44,622 nt of DNA, taken from positions 147,948 to 192,569 of the forward strand of contig NW_026314721.1 in the NCBI RefSeq assembly GCF_001194135.2. The letters run 5' to 3'. Positions 43,727 to 44,622 of this stretch are shown one piece after another; the first letter of the stretch is position 1, and the number at the start of each line of letters is the position of its first letter. This stretch comes from Octopus bimaculoides (lineage: Eukaryota). The notes under the pieces were generated by a model. It made no database searches. It was not told the DNA's origin and worked only from the letters and a program-made list of their open reading frames with translations. Position numbers and translations under genes: made by a program.

Positions 43727-43842
43727 TATAGACACATCATTTAACATCCTGTAGGAGTTGGACAGGACGTGTTAAAATACACATGTGCATAATATTGTAT
43801 ATAAGCAAACTTAATCTATGCACAAATATATATATATATATA

Positions 43843-43995
43843 TCATCATCGTCGTTTTATAATGTCTGATTTCTATGCTGACATGGGTTGGACGGTTTGA
43901 CCGAGGCCTGGCAAGCCAGGAGGCTTCACCAGGCTCCAATCTGATTTGGCAAGGTTTCTACAGCTGGATGCCCTTCCTAATGCCAGCCCCTCCGA
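43843..43995 (-). mobile_element. Family C copy
   Basis: CATGGGTTGGACGGTTTGAC..CCAGGCTCCAATCTGATTTGGC..GGATGCCCTTCCTAATGCC. Confidence 0.85.
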
Positions 43996-44323
43996 GTTAA
44001 GGAATGGAGTAGATAAAATCCAGACTCCATAGGTTTCACAGCGAGCGGAACCTCTTCCGAGGTATTTTTATTTGCATACCTGGCAACTCTCGCTGCCAAC
44101 CACGAAATATAAAACAATTGTTTTCAGCACATTGTACTCCAATACAGGAAAAATCCACAACCTGCCGCCTCAGGAAACCACTATTGTCCCTGGAAGTTAT
44201 TTTTTTCTATTTTCTATGGATTGCTTGAAACTTCCTTACTCCCTACACCTTGATGTGCATGTGTCAATGCATCTTTGTCAGTATTTGACTCGTAGAAGCA
44301 TACATATCTATTCCTCTCTCTCC

Positions 44324-44580
44324 ATCATCATCATTTAACATCTGTTTGACTGAAGTCTGGAGAGCTAGCAGCTGCACCAGGCTCCAATCCGATCTGGCAA
44401 TGTTTCTACATCTCAATGCCCTTCCTAATGCCAACCACTCCGAGAGTGTAGCGGGTGCTTTTTACATGCCACCAGCACGGGAGCCAGTCAGGCAGCACTG
44501 GGATCGACCACGTTCGGATAGATGCCATGCAGTAGGACTGAACCCGGAACCATGTGGTTGGGAAGCAAGCTTCTTACCCA
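44324..44580 (-). mobile_element. Composite: family A head (44521-44580) joined to family C body (44324-44520)
   Basis: Read in element orientation: CCAACCACATGGTTCCGGGTTCAGTCCTACTGCATGGCATC, then TGCCTGACTGGCTCCCGTGCTGGTGGCATG..GGAGTGGTTGGCATTAGGAAGGG. Confidence 0.75.
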
Positions 44581-44622
44581 ATAGTGATGCCTACACCTAC
44601 ATACCTATATATATATATATAT

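Noticed and set aside
28-44338. Most ORFs in the track ([15 protein letters not shown], poly-X)
   Set aside because: They are translations of dinucleotide microsatellites or read through N gaps; no domain content.

Overview
Eukaryotic, microsatellite-saturated genomic DNA with 12 N-gaps. The repeat landscape looks like a coleoid cephalopod (Octopus-like) draft assembly; this is an inference, not a database result. The only well-supported gene is dystroglycan (Dag1) on the minus strand. It has an upstream coding exon (33773 to at least 34108, probably to an ATG at 34767 across an N-gap), an 8.4-kb phase-0 GT-AG intron (25355-33772) and a 2310-nt terminal coding exon (23045-25354). The protein looks vertebrate-like: furin RVRR site, SEA-type G|S autoproteolysis site, RKKRKGK juxtamembrane motif and a C-terminal PYRSPPPYVPP. 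The rest is (TA)n/(CA)n/(CAT)n/(GATA)n repeats, four SINE-like families (called A-D here), one unclassified family (E), Tc1/mariner relics and a Penelope-like relic. I found no prokaryotic-type system or CRISPR array. The best leads are an apparent long N-terminal extension of Dag1, partly retained matriglycan-site motifs in a short His/Met-rich mucin region, an extra Cys pair, and SINE-derived perfect hairpins. Comparisons with human DAG1 are from recalled sequence and need a formal alignment. Repeat boundaries are approximate (about 10 bp).
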